IMG/VR virus record: IMGVR_UViG_3300032893_000040
Coordinates: 1,637-65,636 of that record
Source: a virus
Lineage: Duplodnaviria; Caudoviricetes
Length of the DNA: 64,000 bases
Direction: 5' to 3' (one strand)
In this document: positions 34,518 through 46,200 of the stretch, piece by piece
Position numbering within the stretch: position 1 is the first letter of the stretch
Layout: every line of letters begins with the position of its first letter
Program-made: the position numbers and the translations under genes
Notes under the pieces: generated by a model
The model's database searches: none
What the model was told of the DNA's origin: nothing
Seen by the model: only the letters and a program-made list of their open reading frames with translations

Positions 34518-35434
34518 TGGGACTTTCCAAGCAGTGGACCGCGATTCAGGCCTACACTCACGCGGCCAGCATCTTCGGCGACATGGATCCCGTGGCCTAC
34601 GCCCAGAGATTCGAAATTCTGAACCTCGCGCAGTTCTCGGTGTTGGCCAATTTCTACGGCCTCATGTCCGCGGCCTACATGACCCCGGTGACGTTCAGCG
34701 TAGACCAGACCTGTGCGGCGGCTACGGCCGGGAACGCCGGATTCACCGCCGCAACGCAACTGCTCACGGCGACCAGCATTACGTTTGCTTCGACCGACGC
34801 GGGGAAGACGGTCATAATGCGTAAGGGGACGAACGGATGGGTGGGATTCGTCCTTGCGGTGACCGGGGTGAACACGGCGGTGCTTTACGGTCCCCAGCTT
34901 CCGACCACGGATCAAGCGGCTCTGGACGAGTTCATCATGCTCAATACCGCCATAACGTCAAGCGTGATCGACATCTCGACCCTGCCCATCATGAGGGCGG
35001 GTGGGCCGCAGATCAAATGGGAACTGGAGAGTTCCGCTACTCAATTCCTCGACGTGGTGTCTGCCGAGAAGTTCCGCACGTTCCGGCCCTCGGACCCCGG
35101 TAATGCTAACCGGATAGTGTGGTACGTTTCCGGGAACTACATGTACCTCAAGTGGGGAACGGGCCTAGGTACCACGGCCGGGACTCTGACTCTCAGGTAT
35201 CCGAGGGTTCCGATCGCGATGGCGGCGGACGGAGATTCGCCTGACATCCCGGACGGTGCACCGATACAGCTTTTCCTCACTCTCATCAAGAGGACGCTCG
35301 ACAATCGGTTCATCAAGTCCAAGGCCAACTACACCGCCGAGATAACGGAGGGGGTGGAGACGACCATGCGAGCGTTCGGCATGGTGGCCAAGGAAGAGGA
35401 AATCGAGAATAAGGTCAAGACGCTGGCGGCATGA
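34517..35434 (+). CDS. adaptor-like virion protein
   Basis: LTLRYPRVP..DSPDIPD pattern; position. Confidence 0.55.
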   Translation: MGLSKQWTAIQAYTHAASIFGDMDPVAYAQRFEILNLAQFSVLANFYGLMSAAYMTPVTFSVDQTCAAATAGNAGFTAATQLLTATSITFASTDAGKTVIMRKGTNGWVGFVLAVTGVNTAVLYGPQLPTTDQAALDEFIMLNTAITSSVIDISTLPIMRAGGPQIKWELESSATQFLDVVSAEKFRTFRPSDPGNANRIVWYVSGNYMYLKWGTGLGTTAGTLTLRYPRVPIAMAADGDSPDIPDGAPIQLFLTLIKRTLDNRFIKSKANYTAEITEGVETTMRAFGMVAKEEEIENKVKTLAA

Positions 35435-38040
35435 GCACTCCCAAAGGGTTCATATCGAAGGCACTGGACGGGGTAATCAAGTTCTTTACGAACTATTCCC
35501 CGGAAGAGGTATCGTCGAATTACGCCCTCGACATGAGAGGTCTCCGCCTCAATTCGGGCGGCTATCTCCTCCAGCGGGACTACGGTACCCAGCAGTTGTA
35601 CTCCGGGCAGACTCCGCCGCTACCCAACGGTGTGACCTCGATGTACATCTACGACGGCTGGGTGATGTATGACTCGTTCACGGGCCTGGATTACGACATC
35701 GTAGCGTGCATCTGCACCACGAGGGCCGGAGGTGGAACACGCCTCAAGTTTTTCGTGTACGATGGCACGTGGACTGAGCTGACTCGAGTGATCAATGCGA
35801 CAATCAACGGGACTCCCGGTACCCTTACCAAGACGGTGAACATCTCGGCTCCGACAGAAAACGGAGCGTCGATCACCCCAGGAGTTAACGAGTTCCAAGA
35901 CTTTTTTGTGGTAAATACGTCGGTGCTCAATCCGACCAAACGCTCGGCCATAATCGTCAGTGCCAACACGTCCTCGTCAATCACCAATCTGGACAGTTAC
36001 CTGGGTTCAGACGGGCTGATATGGACGAACGGGGACAACCTTATAATCCTTCAGTCCAACGGCTTGTCGGACGCGGCCTATGATGACACGATAGGTTCAA
36101 ATGGTACGCCGCAAATCCGGGTTATAACACAGGAGGACCAGCGGAAGTTCACGGCGTATCTGGGCAGGACCACGACCACCCCGCTCACGCGCCAGCTTCC
36201 GATAAGGTTCATGAAGCGTACTGACCAGCGCAAGTATTTCTGGACAGGCAGTGCGGCCAATCTTCGGAACCTCAATGTAGGGGGTGTCAAGAACTGGTGT
36301 TCGGAGGTGGGGGGCGGACTCACTCCCCTCGGGGCAACCTTCGGGTCCCCGATAGGCGTAATCCAGCCTTCGTCCGGCCACCAGACCACGAGTTCTCAGT
36401 ACCCGATCGACACATGGCTCCAGATCGAGTTTGATGCCGTGGCCGGGGCCACCCCGAACGCAGGGTACAATCCGTATTGCTTCTTTGCGATAACCTGCGT
36501 TTATGCCTCGGCGACAGGTGTGGGGTACCAAGAGTCTGACCCTGTGATACTGGCTTACTGCGGCACGTCGAACGTGACCGCGCTCGGCATCTCGCTCCAA
36601 TTTGACATTAATTTCGCCCGGATGCCGAAGGACCTGATAGCCTTCAATATCTACGACTTCAGGACCAGCCTGGGGAATACGATTATCCAGGCCATCTATG
36701 ACAGGCTTAATACTGTCGCATGGTCAGACTTCATCTTGGTTGAGACCATACCAGTACAGGGGTCTTACTCCTCACTAGTCACGTGGTCGGGCACCGCTCC
36801 CGGAGATGTGAACGGTCTTACCATACATGGGGCGGTTTCATGGTCAACGGATGTGGCGAGGACCGGAACCATAAGCCTTTCATCGGCCCTCAACCACAAT
36901 CCGTCGATGACGCGAGCACTCATCAAGCCGAGGTTCATATCACGCGGCGGGAGGGACAAGGGCCAGCTTGTCGCGGCGGATTCGGACGACCGGACATTGT
37001 GGCTGACCTCGTTCGACGGTTACCAGACGCATGAGGACGACAATTTTGTTTCCACTACGCCGGACCTCACCAATTTCAACACCCGGATAACCCTCAACGG
37101 GCAGGGTGAACTTCAGGGACTTTCCTCGCACGAAAGTCAGGTGCTGGCGTTCAAGTGGTCGGAGATTGAGGTCATTGACCTGATAGCGGGGTCCCAGGAC
37201 CTCTACCAAATCGACTTCGCGGCCAAGCGTTCCATCATCAAGACCGATTGGGGCACGCTGTGGGCAGGGAATCGCGGAATCTACATGATGCGGTACGGCG
37301 GCGGTAACGAGATTCTCCCGATAAACAAGGACTGGCAGAATCTCTATGACGGCACCATGCAGAACTCGGCCGGGACGGGACCGATAATTACGGCGGCGGC
37401 ACGCAAGGCGATCATCGCGGGGTGGGACCCGACTTACGAGGAGGCCCTCTTCCAGGTTCAGGCCTCTTTCGATGGTTCGACCACCGAATATATGGTCTAC
37501 CGTTATAATCCGGGCAGGAACGCATGGAGCGTCCGCAAGTTTCAACTGCTGGCCGGGGGAGGGTCCCAGACACCGATTGCGTATTTCGCCAAGTACTCCA
37601 ACGGAACGATCGTCATCGGCGCACAGAACAACTTGCTCACCTATCCGGTGCGTACTACTTACCTGGACGAACTCACGTCCGGTGGAACTGGCGGACAGGG
37701 CTTCGATACGTGGGTCATAGTGAACGTTGGCGAGATTTACGAGCTTCTCAAGACGAATGTGCTCTACTCGTATCTTCTTGACTTCCTCGGGTCCTCGATC
37801 TCGGGAACGGGTACGATACAGGTGGACCTCTACGCCAATTACGAGACCACGCCGTACGACACGCAGACGTTCCCCATTGACCAGCTTCCGCTTATGCGGC
37901 TTACGGTCCCGAGAGGGGCATTCGATTCGATACGGGTCAAGGTTTCAATTCCGTCCGGGCAGGTGTCGGACATCAAGAATTTTAACGTGGACACGTTCGC
38001 ATTTAACTTCATCAAGTATCCAAGGATAGGTAACAACTAA
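35431..38040 (+). CDS. tail nozzle / stabilization (tubular protein B-like) protein
   Basis: 869 aa beta-rich; propeller-like C-terminal half; precedes the ejection proteins. Confidence 0.62.
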   Translation: MSTPKGFISKALDGVIKFFTNYSPEEVSSNYALDMRGLRLNSGGYLLQRDYGTQQLYSGQTPPLPNGVTSMYIYDGWVMYDSFTGLDYDIVACICTTRAGGGTRLKFFVYDGTWTELTRVINATINGTPGTLTKTVNISAPTENGASITPGVNEFQDFFVVNTSVLNPTKRSAIIVSANTSSSITNLDSYLGSDGLIWTNGDNLIILQSNGLSDAAYDDTIGSNGTPQIRVITQEDQRKFTAYLGRTTTTPLTRQLPIRFMKRTDQRKYFWTGSAANLRNLNVGGVKNWCSEVGGGLTPLGATFGSPIGVIQPSSGHQTTSSQYPIDTWLQIEFDAVAGATPNAGYNPYCFFAITCVYASATGVGYQESDPVILAYCGTSNVTALGISLQFDINFARMPKDLIAFNIYDFRTSLGNTIIQAIYDRLNTVAWSDFILVETIPVQGSYSSLVTWSGTAPGDVNGLTIHGAVSWSTDVARTGTISLSSALNHNPSMTRALIKPRFISRGGRDKGQLVAADSDDRTLWLTSFDGYQTHEDDNFVSTTPDLTNFNTRITLNGQGELQGLSSHESQVLAFKWSEIEVIDLIAGSQDLYQIDFAAKRSIIKTDWGTLWAGNRGIYMMRYGGGNEILPINKDWQNLYDGTMQNSAGTGPIITAAARKAIIAGWDPTYEEALFQVQASFDGSTTEYMVYRYNPGRNAWSVRKFQLLAGGGSQTPIAYFAKYSNGTIVIGAQNNLLTYPVRTTYLDELTSGGTGGQGFDTWVIVNVGEIYELLKTNVLYSYLLDFLGSSISGTGTIQVDLYANYETTPYDTQTFPIDQLPLMRLTVPRGAFDSIRVKVSIPSGQVSDIKNFNVDTFAFNFIKYPRIGNN

Positions 38041-38052
38041 GAGAGGTTCAAG

Positions 38053-38907
38053 ATGGCCGCAGATACGGGTGGCACTCTTTCGGCAATGGCTTCAGATGCG
38101 GCTTCCGGTTTCTCGATCGGGGGTCCGACAGGCGCGGGGGTGGGTGCTCTCTTTGGCCTTCTGTCCGGCCTGGCTTCGGAATCGAGTCCCGAGTACAGGG
38201 TGCTGGAACAGCGTAAGCAGCTTCTCCGTCAGCTTATTGCGGCCCGTCGTGCTGAAGCCATAGCCGAGGGGTCGAAGATAATCGCTCAGCAGACTCAGGG
38301 GGCGGTTCAGGCGGCGGAAACCGGGGCGGCGAGGCGTGCCGCATCGAGGGGTATTCAGGACACGTCCGGTTACATTCAGCCAGCCGGACAGAATGCGCTC
38401 TCTCAGGGCTCGACCGCGATGGAGAGGTTCATCACCAACACCAACGCGCAGTACGATCAGGCGGAGATGAATCTCGAGTCCGAGTCACTCAAGTTCCCCA
38501 CGCCGGAACCTCTTTCCAACGTGGTTGCCAAGATCGGGCAGTCGGCTACAGGCTTCATCCAGGACATCCGAAAACAAAAGTTGATCGACGAATATAACGC
38601 CAACCAGCCGGGAGGTTCCAACTACCTTGCGAATCCGGGCGCACCTTCGGTGGACGCGCAGGGGAACCCGACGTATTACCCCGGAAACACATCACAGGCC
38701 GACATCACACAGCCCGGAGCAGTCAATGCGATGCCCTTCGCCGACAATATTGTTGCGGCAAGGCGTTCGGCGGTCAATTCGTTCAAGGATGGGGTGGGTC
38801 CCGGAATAGCGGTTCCGGGGTTCAATGACAAGCAGGTGGATGCGGCAACGCGTGAACTCCTGAACGCGCACAGGCGCATGTACATGGGCCTCGGAGGGCA
38901 GTATTAA
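38053..38907 (+). CDS. DNA ejection/pilot-like internal virion protein
   Basis: GPTGAGVGALFGLLSG hydrophobic N-terminus; Ala/Gln helices. Confidence 0.6.
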   Translation: MAADTGGTLSAMASDAASGFSIGGPTGAGVGALFGLLSGLASESSPEYRVLEQRKQLLRQLIAARRAEAIAEGSKIIAQQTQGAVQAAETGAARRAASRGIQDTSGYIQPAGQNALSQGSTAMERFITNTNAQYDQAEMNLESESLKFPTPEPLSNVVAKIGQSATGFIQDIRKQKLIDEYNANQPGGSNYLANPGAPSVDAQGNPTYYPGNTSQADITQPGAVNAMPFADNIVAARRSAVNSFKDGVGPGIAVPGFNDKQVDAATRELLNAHRRMYMGLGGQY

Positions 38908-40286
38908 TGCCTACACCTTCATTTGCGGAAATGGATTCGACCTCCTCCGATTTGATGCAGAACATAATCGGAGACGTTTCCAAGAGGTACACTGATAATA
39001 TGGCGTTGGAAAGTCAGCTCAAGCAAGACCAGGCTGACAAGGTGTATTCCCAGCGTATACTCGATTCTTACATCGCGAACCATAATCCCAGGAAAGTGGA
39101 ACGCGTTCATCCGGTGACCGGGGAAAAGGAAATCATCGAGAAATATCCCACCATCGATGAGACCTTCCGACTGGCCACCCAGGCGAGGGCCGCTCTAGCA
39201 CAGAGCGGGGGCCGTCATTCGGCTTACGCGGCCGATCAGATCGGCAAGGACCTCGATGCGAGACTCCGATACCAGCAGAGGTCCCCCAAGGCGGACGAGC
39301 TTCAGTCCTACATCGACCAGTACGGGCCGGAAATGGGTCTCCAGATGTTTAACAAGGCTCAGGTCCAGCGTCGTGTGGCCCCGGTCGAGGCCCGGAGTGC
39401 TGGCGAGCAGAAGCTCGAAGAGACCAAGCAGAAAGGACGTGAAGAATTGGCCGGAATCAATTTCGGGTACCGGCTGAAGTTAGAATCCGTCAAGGCGGAG
39501 AAGGCATTCTCCCCGGTCGAACTCGACAACGGCAATCTCGGCGTGACATGGCACAACCCCATCACTCATCAAGCCGGGGTGTATGATACCGGGGTGAAGG
39601 GTACCAAGCTCGAAGGCAAAAATACCGGAAAGGGTGGGAAGGTAACCACCAACGAATGGTTCAAGGTGTGGCAACCCGTCATGGATGCGGAACTTCGGGC
39701 GGTCTCGATGATGCATTCGGAGCAGGAAGCCAATGCCGGGAAGGCGAGAGGCCCGAACGACACGAATCTGCTTTTCAACCACATGGGGATGACGCTTTCG
39801 GCCCAGAAGGGAACCCGAATCACGTACGCCGAGATTGACAACGCCATCAAGGCGAGGTCCTTCCCGGAAGATATAATGGAACTCTGGGATAAGGTGTCCA
39901 CGGGCGGGTTCCTCTCCCCAGCCCAGCGCAGGTATTTCGTTGAACTTGCAATGAGACGGCGCATGGATTTCGTTACGGCGGCACGTAGGGCCGCCACCGC
40001 CATCAAGATGGACCCGACCACGGAACCCAAGTTCAACCCGGAACTTCCACCCGTCGAAGGTCAGGTATCGAGGGCGACCGGGGGCGCGACAGATGCAAAC
40101 GCCGGACAGGGCGGAGCGGCGAGCGGCCAGGGGGAAGCCGGAACCGCTCCGTCCTTCCAGCTTCAGGGCGAGAAGGGATCCTATAATTGGGACGCGGAGG
40201 ATTCGGAATACTTCAAGAGTCAGAACGGGCACTACCCGACACAGCAGGAAGCTGAAGCGGAAGCCAAAGCAGGCGGACACATCTAA
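38907..40286 (+). CDS. internal virion (ejection) protein
   Basis: Helical, charged; TAATG coupling in the ejection block. Confidence 0.55.
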   Translation: MPTPSFAEMDSTSSDLMQNIIGDVSKRYTDNMALESQLKQDQADKVYSQRILDSYIANHNPRKVERVHPVTGEKEIIEKYPTIDETFRLATQARAALAQSGGRHSAYAADQIGKDLDARLRYQQRSPKADELQSYIDQYGPEMGLQMFNKAQVQRRVAPVEARSAGEQKLEETKQKGREELAGINFGYRLKLESVKAEKAFSPVELDNGNLGVTWHNPITHQAGVYDTGVKGTKLEGKNTGKGGKVTTNEWFKVWQPVMDAELRAVSMMHSEQEANAGKARGPNDTNLLFNHMGMTLSAQKGTRITYAEIDNAIKARSFPEDIMELWDKVSTGGFLSPAQRRYFVELAMRRRMDFVTAARRAATAIKMDPTTEPKFNPELPPVEGQVSRATGGATDANAGQGGAASGQGEAGTAPSFQLQGEKGSYNWDAEDSEYFKSQNGHYPTQQEAEAEAKAGGHI

Positions 40287-42439
40287 TGGGCGACTACGCA
40301 AAGTCGAAACAGCAGGCTCAGCCCCCTCTTCCGGACGACAAGTCGGTTACGGCCGACGCAGGGGGCGATACCGATGTTAAGATGAGCACGAAGTTCATGA
40401 CCAAGATCGGTTCCCCGGAACAGGTGCGGCGCATGCTCCTTCAAAAGTATGGACCGCGCAACGTCTGGGGTACGGCATCGGGCCGTTGGTTCGTCCGGAG
40501 CACCGATTCGAGGGGCAACTTCACGCCGTGGACCGAGGCATCCGCATCCGATTTCTCGGTACCGGGCATACTGGCCGGAGCTTTGCCCACCGCTGGCGGC
40601 GCACTTGGCGGGGCACTTGCCGCTCCTGCGGCGGCGGCTACCGGGAACCCCATGATCGAATCCGCGGGGGTGGGCCTCGGCACGGCGGCGGGTGAGGAAC
40701 TCAATCGAGGCATTTCAGAAGTCTTTATGGGGCCGCGTGGCGAGTCCGCGCTCGAGCATGCAGGGTCAACTGCAATGGCCGGGGCGGCGGGGTTTGCAGG
40801 GGCCGAGATTCCCCGTGCGGCCAAGGGCATCTTCCAGGCAAGTGCGGAAGCGTTTGAAAATTCGAAGCTCGGACGTGGAATGTTCGCCCATTTCGCCGGG
40901 GATGTCGATCAACCGCTCATCGATGCCGCCGCCGACATGGGCATCCGGCTTACCCCCGGTGAGTCCTCCAAGAGTCCTCAGCTCAAGCAGATGATGCAGT
41001 TCCTGAGGAACGCGATCGGATCCTCTTCAGAATTTGCAAAGTTTGAAGGGCCGAGGTACGAACTCTTTACCAAGTACGTCAACGACTATCTGGATTCGAT
41101 CGGGAAGTCCACCCAGAGATTCAAGAATCTGGGCGAAGCCTTCATGAATGCGGTGGAAGGTCTGAGGCGCGACCGTCTCGGGACCACCGACTTCACCACC
41201 GGACTCAAGGTTTCCGGCGTGGCGGACCAGCTCTTTTCGGACGCGTACGGTATCGCAACCAAGGCGTTCCCTGCCCGAGCAATCGGTAACACGGGCGTGG
41301 CGGAAGCGTTGGTTGATATGAAGGACGTGAAGGATACTGCGGTCGAACTGGCCGAGAACCTGTCCGGGATGAACGTCGCCGCGCCCAAGCTCTTCAAGCT
41401 GGCGCGGACCACCGAGGATACGATCGGGATGTCCGAGTTCTCCGATCTTCGTTCGGACCTCATGCAACTGGCGAAGTCCAAGCAGATCATAGGCACGCGA
41501 GCGAACAGGCTTGCTACCATGATGGTAGGCAAGATGGACCAGACGCTCAAGGCCCAGGCGCAGAGATACGGGGTGGCCGACACGTTCCTTCCTGCCCTTG
41601 AGAAGGCGAGGAACTATTACGAGAAGGCGGCCAAGCTCTTCAATGAGGGTATCATAGCTCAGGTGGCCCAGAAGTCGCCGACCGAGGTGGCGAAAACAAT
41701 TGTGACGATGAACAAGGCCGAGGACGTAAGGACGGTCAAGAACATCCTCATGCGGAAGAACCCTCAGCTCTGGAACAACGTCCAAGCATCAACCATCGAT
41801 TGGGCGATGCGGTTCAAGCCGGGAGTCTATTCCCGCGCCGAGGTGACCAAGACTCCGATGGTGCAATCCAACAGGCTCCGGGCGTGGTGGACCAACATTC
41901 TCCCGGAGGTGAAGCAGTCGCTCTTCACGGCCGAGCAACGTCGCGCCATCGACAAGATCGCGCTTGTCGGTTCCGAAATTCCCATCGGGAACCTCCCGCA
42001 GGGGTGGGCGGGGAGGACGATCGCCATGAGCAAGGGTGCGGCCATCGCTACGGGGTCGATCGAAGCGGGTCTCGCCGGACTTGGGTTCGGGGCCGGGATG
42101 CTTACCGGGCACGGGGCGGTGGTGTCCGGCATGATCGGCCTTGGAACGCTCTGGATGCTTCCCAAGACGGTAGCCAAGATGGCACTTTCTGCGGAGGGAC
42201 GGGCACTCATGGGCGAGGGACTACAACTTTCCTCATCCAAGCTGGTTACGCGTCCGGCCGTGATGGCCAAGTACATGACCAGACTCACGACCTACATGCT
42301 TTCTCACCCCGAGTACACCGCGGACATGAAGGAAGCCCAGAAGCGCATCCGGGCCGGGATGATGCTTTCAGCTAACGGCCTCAAGACCGACGAGGAAAAC
42401 GTTAACGCGTTCCTGGAGAAGAATCCGAACTTCAAGTGA
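40286..42439 (+). CDS. internal virion (DNA transfer) protein
   Basis: Gly/Ala hydrophobic segments; GIRLTPGE. Confidence 0.6.
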   Translation: MGDYAKSKQQAQPPLPDDKSVTADAGGDTDVKMSTKFMTKIGSPEQVRRMLLQKYGPRNVWGTASGRWFVRSTDSRGNFTPWTEASASDFSVPGILAGALPTAGGALGGALAAPAAAATGNPMIESAGVGLGTAAGEELNRGISEVFMGPRGESALEHAGSTAMAGAAGFAGAEIPRAAKGIFQASAEAFENSKLGRGMFAHFAGDVDQPLIDAAADMGIRLTPGESSKSPQLKQMMQFLRNAIGSSSEFAKFEGPRYELFTKYVNDYLDSIGKSTQRFKNLGEAFMNAVEGLRRDRLGTTDFTTGLKVSGVADQLFSDAYGIATKAFPARAIGNTGVAEALVDMKDVKDTAVELAENLSGMNVAAPKLFKLARTTEDTIGMSEFSDLRSDLMQLAKSKQIIGTRANRLATMMVGKMDQTLKAQAQRYGVADTFLPALEKARNYYEKAAKLFNEGIIAQVAQKSPTEVAKTIVTMNKAEDVRTVKNILMRKNPQLWNNVQASTIDWAMRFKPGVYSRAEVTKTPMVQSNRLRAWWTNILPEVKQSLFTAEQRRAIDKIALVGSEIPIGNLPQGWAGRTIAMSKGAAIATGSIEAGLAGLGFGAGMLTGHGAVVSGMIGLGTLWMLPKTVAKMALSAEGRALMGEGLQLSSSKLVTRPAVMAKYMTRLTTYMLSHPEYTADMKEAQKRIRAGMMLSANGLKTDEENVNAFLEKNPNFK

Positions 42440-43260
42440 TGGGACAGTACGCTCAAATACAACAGCAGAAGGCCATCGGACAGCTCGATTTGAAGGGGCT
42501 AGCTCCGGCTGATGCTCTGAGTGTGTACAATCCGGCGAAGGTCCAGCTTGACCAGAAGAAGGAAGACAAGCCGGAATTCATCCGCGTGAAGGACCAGCGT
42601 CCCGAAGCCGGGAAAATCCACAACTTCAGTGGTTACTACCATGCAGAGATACTCAAGCGAATCGCATACGCGGCCCTTGAGTCCGGTGTCCCGCCTGAGA
42701 CTGCACTTGCAGTTGCTATTAATGAGAGTGCGGAGACGATTTCTGCGAGGAGCGTTAATCAGGGGAAGAAGCTGAAGGCTTATTTTCAGGACATGCTCGC
42801 GGACGACGGTTTGCACATGAATGCCTTCATGATGAGGCCCACCACGGCCTACGGGACGGATACCGGGAAGGCGTTCGTGAAGAAGGATGAACAGCTTCGC
42901 AAGGTGGCTTCGGATTCGGAAGAGGCGCAGGCCGCGTTCCTGAAGCATAGTACCGAGGGATTCCGGGAACTTCAGCGGAGGGCACCGTACGAGTTCATCA
43001 AGCACGGTTACAAGGTGTATCCCAACAATGAGGAACTCGCCCTCCAGCATTACAACGGCATGGGCACCATCGAGGAGAGTTCCTATCCCCAGGAACGGAA
43101 GATGTTGGGCATCAAGGGGAAGGTGAAGGGGTCCGAAGTACCGCTCTACGGCAAGCGGGTGATATCCATCCGGGAGAACATAGTCAAGAAGAATCCGACC
43201 CTGATGAAACTGATCGACGAAGCCAAGAATGAGGCCGAAGGTGCCGGACGAGAACGGTAA
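42436..43260 (+). CDS. lytic-transglycosylase/lysozyme-fold virion protein
   Basis: GVPPETALAVAINES (catalytic ES) and ALQHYNG. Confidence 0.6.
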   Translation: MMGQYAQIQQQKAIGQLDLKGLAPADALSVYNPAKVQLDQKKEDKPEFIRVKDQRPEAGKIHNFSGYYHAEILKRIAYAALESGVPPETALAVAINESAETISARSVNQGKKLKAYFQDMLADDGLHMNAFMMRPTTAYGTDTGKAFVKKDEQLRKVASDSEEAQAAFLKHSTEGFRELQRRAPYEFIKHGYKVYPNNEELALQHYNGMGTIEESSYPQERKMLGIKGKVKGSEVPLYGKRVISIRENIVKKNPTLMKLIDEAKNEAEGAGRER

Positions 43261-46200
43261 CCCGACATTTTTCGATAAGCTGGAACAGTCGCTTTACAAC
43301 CCGTACACGTCCCTGGCCAAGCGGTTACTGCCCAAGGACCTCCATGATTCGTATCTCGGGGCGGCGGTGTTTGGTATCACCGGGGCACTGGACCTTCCTT
43401 CCGAAGCGGTGCTCGGCGGAATAAGGTCCGGCGTGACGGCTGGCAAGCAGGCCCTCGAGTCCGCGAAACAGGGAGACGTGATGACGGGCACGCTTCAGGG
43501 CCTCAACGCAGTCTCCTCCCCGGTGGTGGGAGCCATGGCGGGGACTGCGGGTCTGCCTATCGTTGCGGCATCCAAGGTTGCTGAGAAGATTCCGGGTGTG
43601 GCTCCAGTGGCCCAGGCGGTCATGTCTCCCTCCGCCGCTTACCTGAAATCCAAGCAGGAGCAGGGCCTCGAAGTCACCCCGGCCGACCGTGCCGCTGGAC
43701 AACTTGCGGACCTCGCATGGAACGCCGTCATGTTCCGCAAGATGGGGCAAATAACCGAAGGGATGAAGGCGCATTCAATCCAGACACCTGACGGTCCGCG
43801 AGTGGTGGCAATCCCGGAACTCTACCAGGAACAGAATCCTCTTGACCGCAGGATGTCCAAGGAAGCCGAGGACTCACACGTCGCCAAGAATTATAAGGAG
43901 TTCGACCCGGACCTCACCCGGAACATCAAAGCGGTGGCCTTCAAGGTGGGCGACCGGATAATTCCCGGTGAGCCGAAGGACGTGCACGCGCTTCTGTACG
44001 ACCGCCTTCCCCAGGAAGACAGGGACGCGATTCAGTATCAGTACGCGAAGGTCGGGGAAGCCAATTCGGCGGGGTTCGTCACGCAGGACGGACGGTTCTT
44101 CACCAAGTACCAGCTCCTTACGATGCAGAAGGAGCTTGCGGCACGCGAGGAGGCCCTGCCCAAGTTTGCGTCCAGTGACCATGTATTCGATTATTCGAAG
44201 GAAATGACCTTCGACAAGTACGTGGACATAACCCGGAGGCTCCGCAATAACGAAGAGCTGATGCAGAGGAAGCTCTCCGAGACGAAGGACCCGAAGGAAC
44301 GGCAGAACATCATGCGCACTTACGGTTATGTGATTCAGCTCGACCGTGAGGCGATGAGCTTCTACAACCAGCGGCACTCGCTCCGGAACATGGGCTACAC
44401 TCCCGAGGAACTCAATTTCGATTCCGGAATCGCGTTTGACCGTTTCTACAAGGAGCGTGCCCACATCCGGTCCAAGGTATCAGACCAGATCAAGACCGCC
44501 ATGCCGAACCTCAAGCCGGAGCAGGTGGATTCGTACATGTTCATGAATGACGAATTCGCCCATCACTGGTCGAAATGGACCGGAAGGCCGGCCGTTGAGT
44601 GGTATCTCAACCGCTTCGGTGAGGGCGGCGGATTCAGGGCAGGTGAGTCCGCGGGAGGCCTCAAACAGGGCGCGAATGCCCCAACTTTCTATTCCGGTCT
44701 TCAGCGTTCCATCGAGGAGAAGATGCCCGAGCGTGCGGGACCTCTCCAGGTGCGGAACATCGCTTATCAGTACGCCAAGAAAGATGAAATCAAGTGGACG
44801 GGGCTTGATGAGTTCCTGGATTCCAAGAAAGGCCAGCCCGTTACCAAGCAGGAGGTACTCGATCATCTCAGGAACAACGCAGTCCAGGTCCATGAGGTGA
44901 TGAAAGGGACCGATTCCAAGAAGGTTGGGTATGATCCTACCCAAGACGATTGGAACGGCATGGACGAGGATTGGTATGGGAGCGGCGATTTTCCCGACAT
45001 CAAACTTGGAACTGGTGACTATCGAGCAGTTGATGCTGAGGGTAACAACTTCGTATATATCTATCAGCGTAATGACGGTAAATGGGTGTTTCAACACCCC
45101 AATGATGCAAAAGATGTGTTCAATACCAGGGAGGAAGTAGATCGTTTTGCCAATAGCGTATTCAATCGTGAGGAAGGTTTCGCTCAGTACCAGGATTATT
45201 CCGTTCCTGGTGGTAAGAATTACCGGGAACTCCTGCTGACGCTCCCGGAGAAGGGTGCCATCAATACCAAAGAGAACTTTGCTAAGGCGATGCGAGGTGA
45301 AGACCCCACAGAACAGGATTACCAGTCTCCTCATTGGCAGGAGCCTAATGTCATCGCCCACGTCCGTATGCAGGACTTTACCGATGCGCAGGGTAAGCGT
45401 GTCCTGTTCCTTGAGGAACTCCAATCCGATTGGCACCAACAGGGGCGTAAGGAAGGTTATCGAACACTGGAAAAGGACAGAATAGGGAAACTTCCGGTAG
45501 GGTGGGTGGTTAAACCTGAACCTACCAGTATTGCTGGTAGTAGGTGGCAATTATTTAATGAGACAGGTGAGAAAGTAGACGATTTCCCGGTGTTTAACCA
45601 CCCAGACAATTTGGAGGGTGCTACAAAGGAAGCAATAGCTCGTATTAACATGTTTAATGAGTCAGGGCCACCTCAAGGTCCTTTCTCCAAGTCCTGGCAT
45701 GAGATGGCCCTCCGCCGTATGCTTCGTTATGCCGCCGAGAACGGCTATGATAAGGTGGCTTGGACCCCCGGCGCGTGGCAGGATGCTCGTTGGGAAGGTG
45801 CCGACGCGGAAGAAGGGATGAAGGGCTTCTATGACAAGATGGTTCCGGACTATCTCAACAAGTACGGGAAGAAATGGGGCGCGAAAGTCGGCGAGACGGT
45901 ACTCAAGACCGGAACGAATCTGCCACAGAAACGGGATTGGAAAAGAGAGGGTAGTGATAAACTGACCGGATACTCGATTCAGGTTGATGAAAATAACTAC
46001 GCTCACGGCTACAAAACTAAAGAAGCGGCTCGTACCGTCCCTTCTATTGACGTTACCCCGGCGATGAAGAAATCGGTGATGGAGGAGGGCCAGCCGCTCT
46101 TCCAGAGTTCTTCTTCAAGGGCCAATGAGTACTTGAAGCGTGTGACAGAGAATGCCCGTAGGGCCATAAAAGTAGGCAACGAGGTAGTAATTGCCCAGCC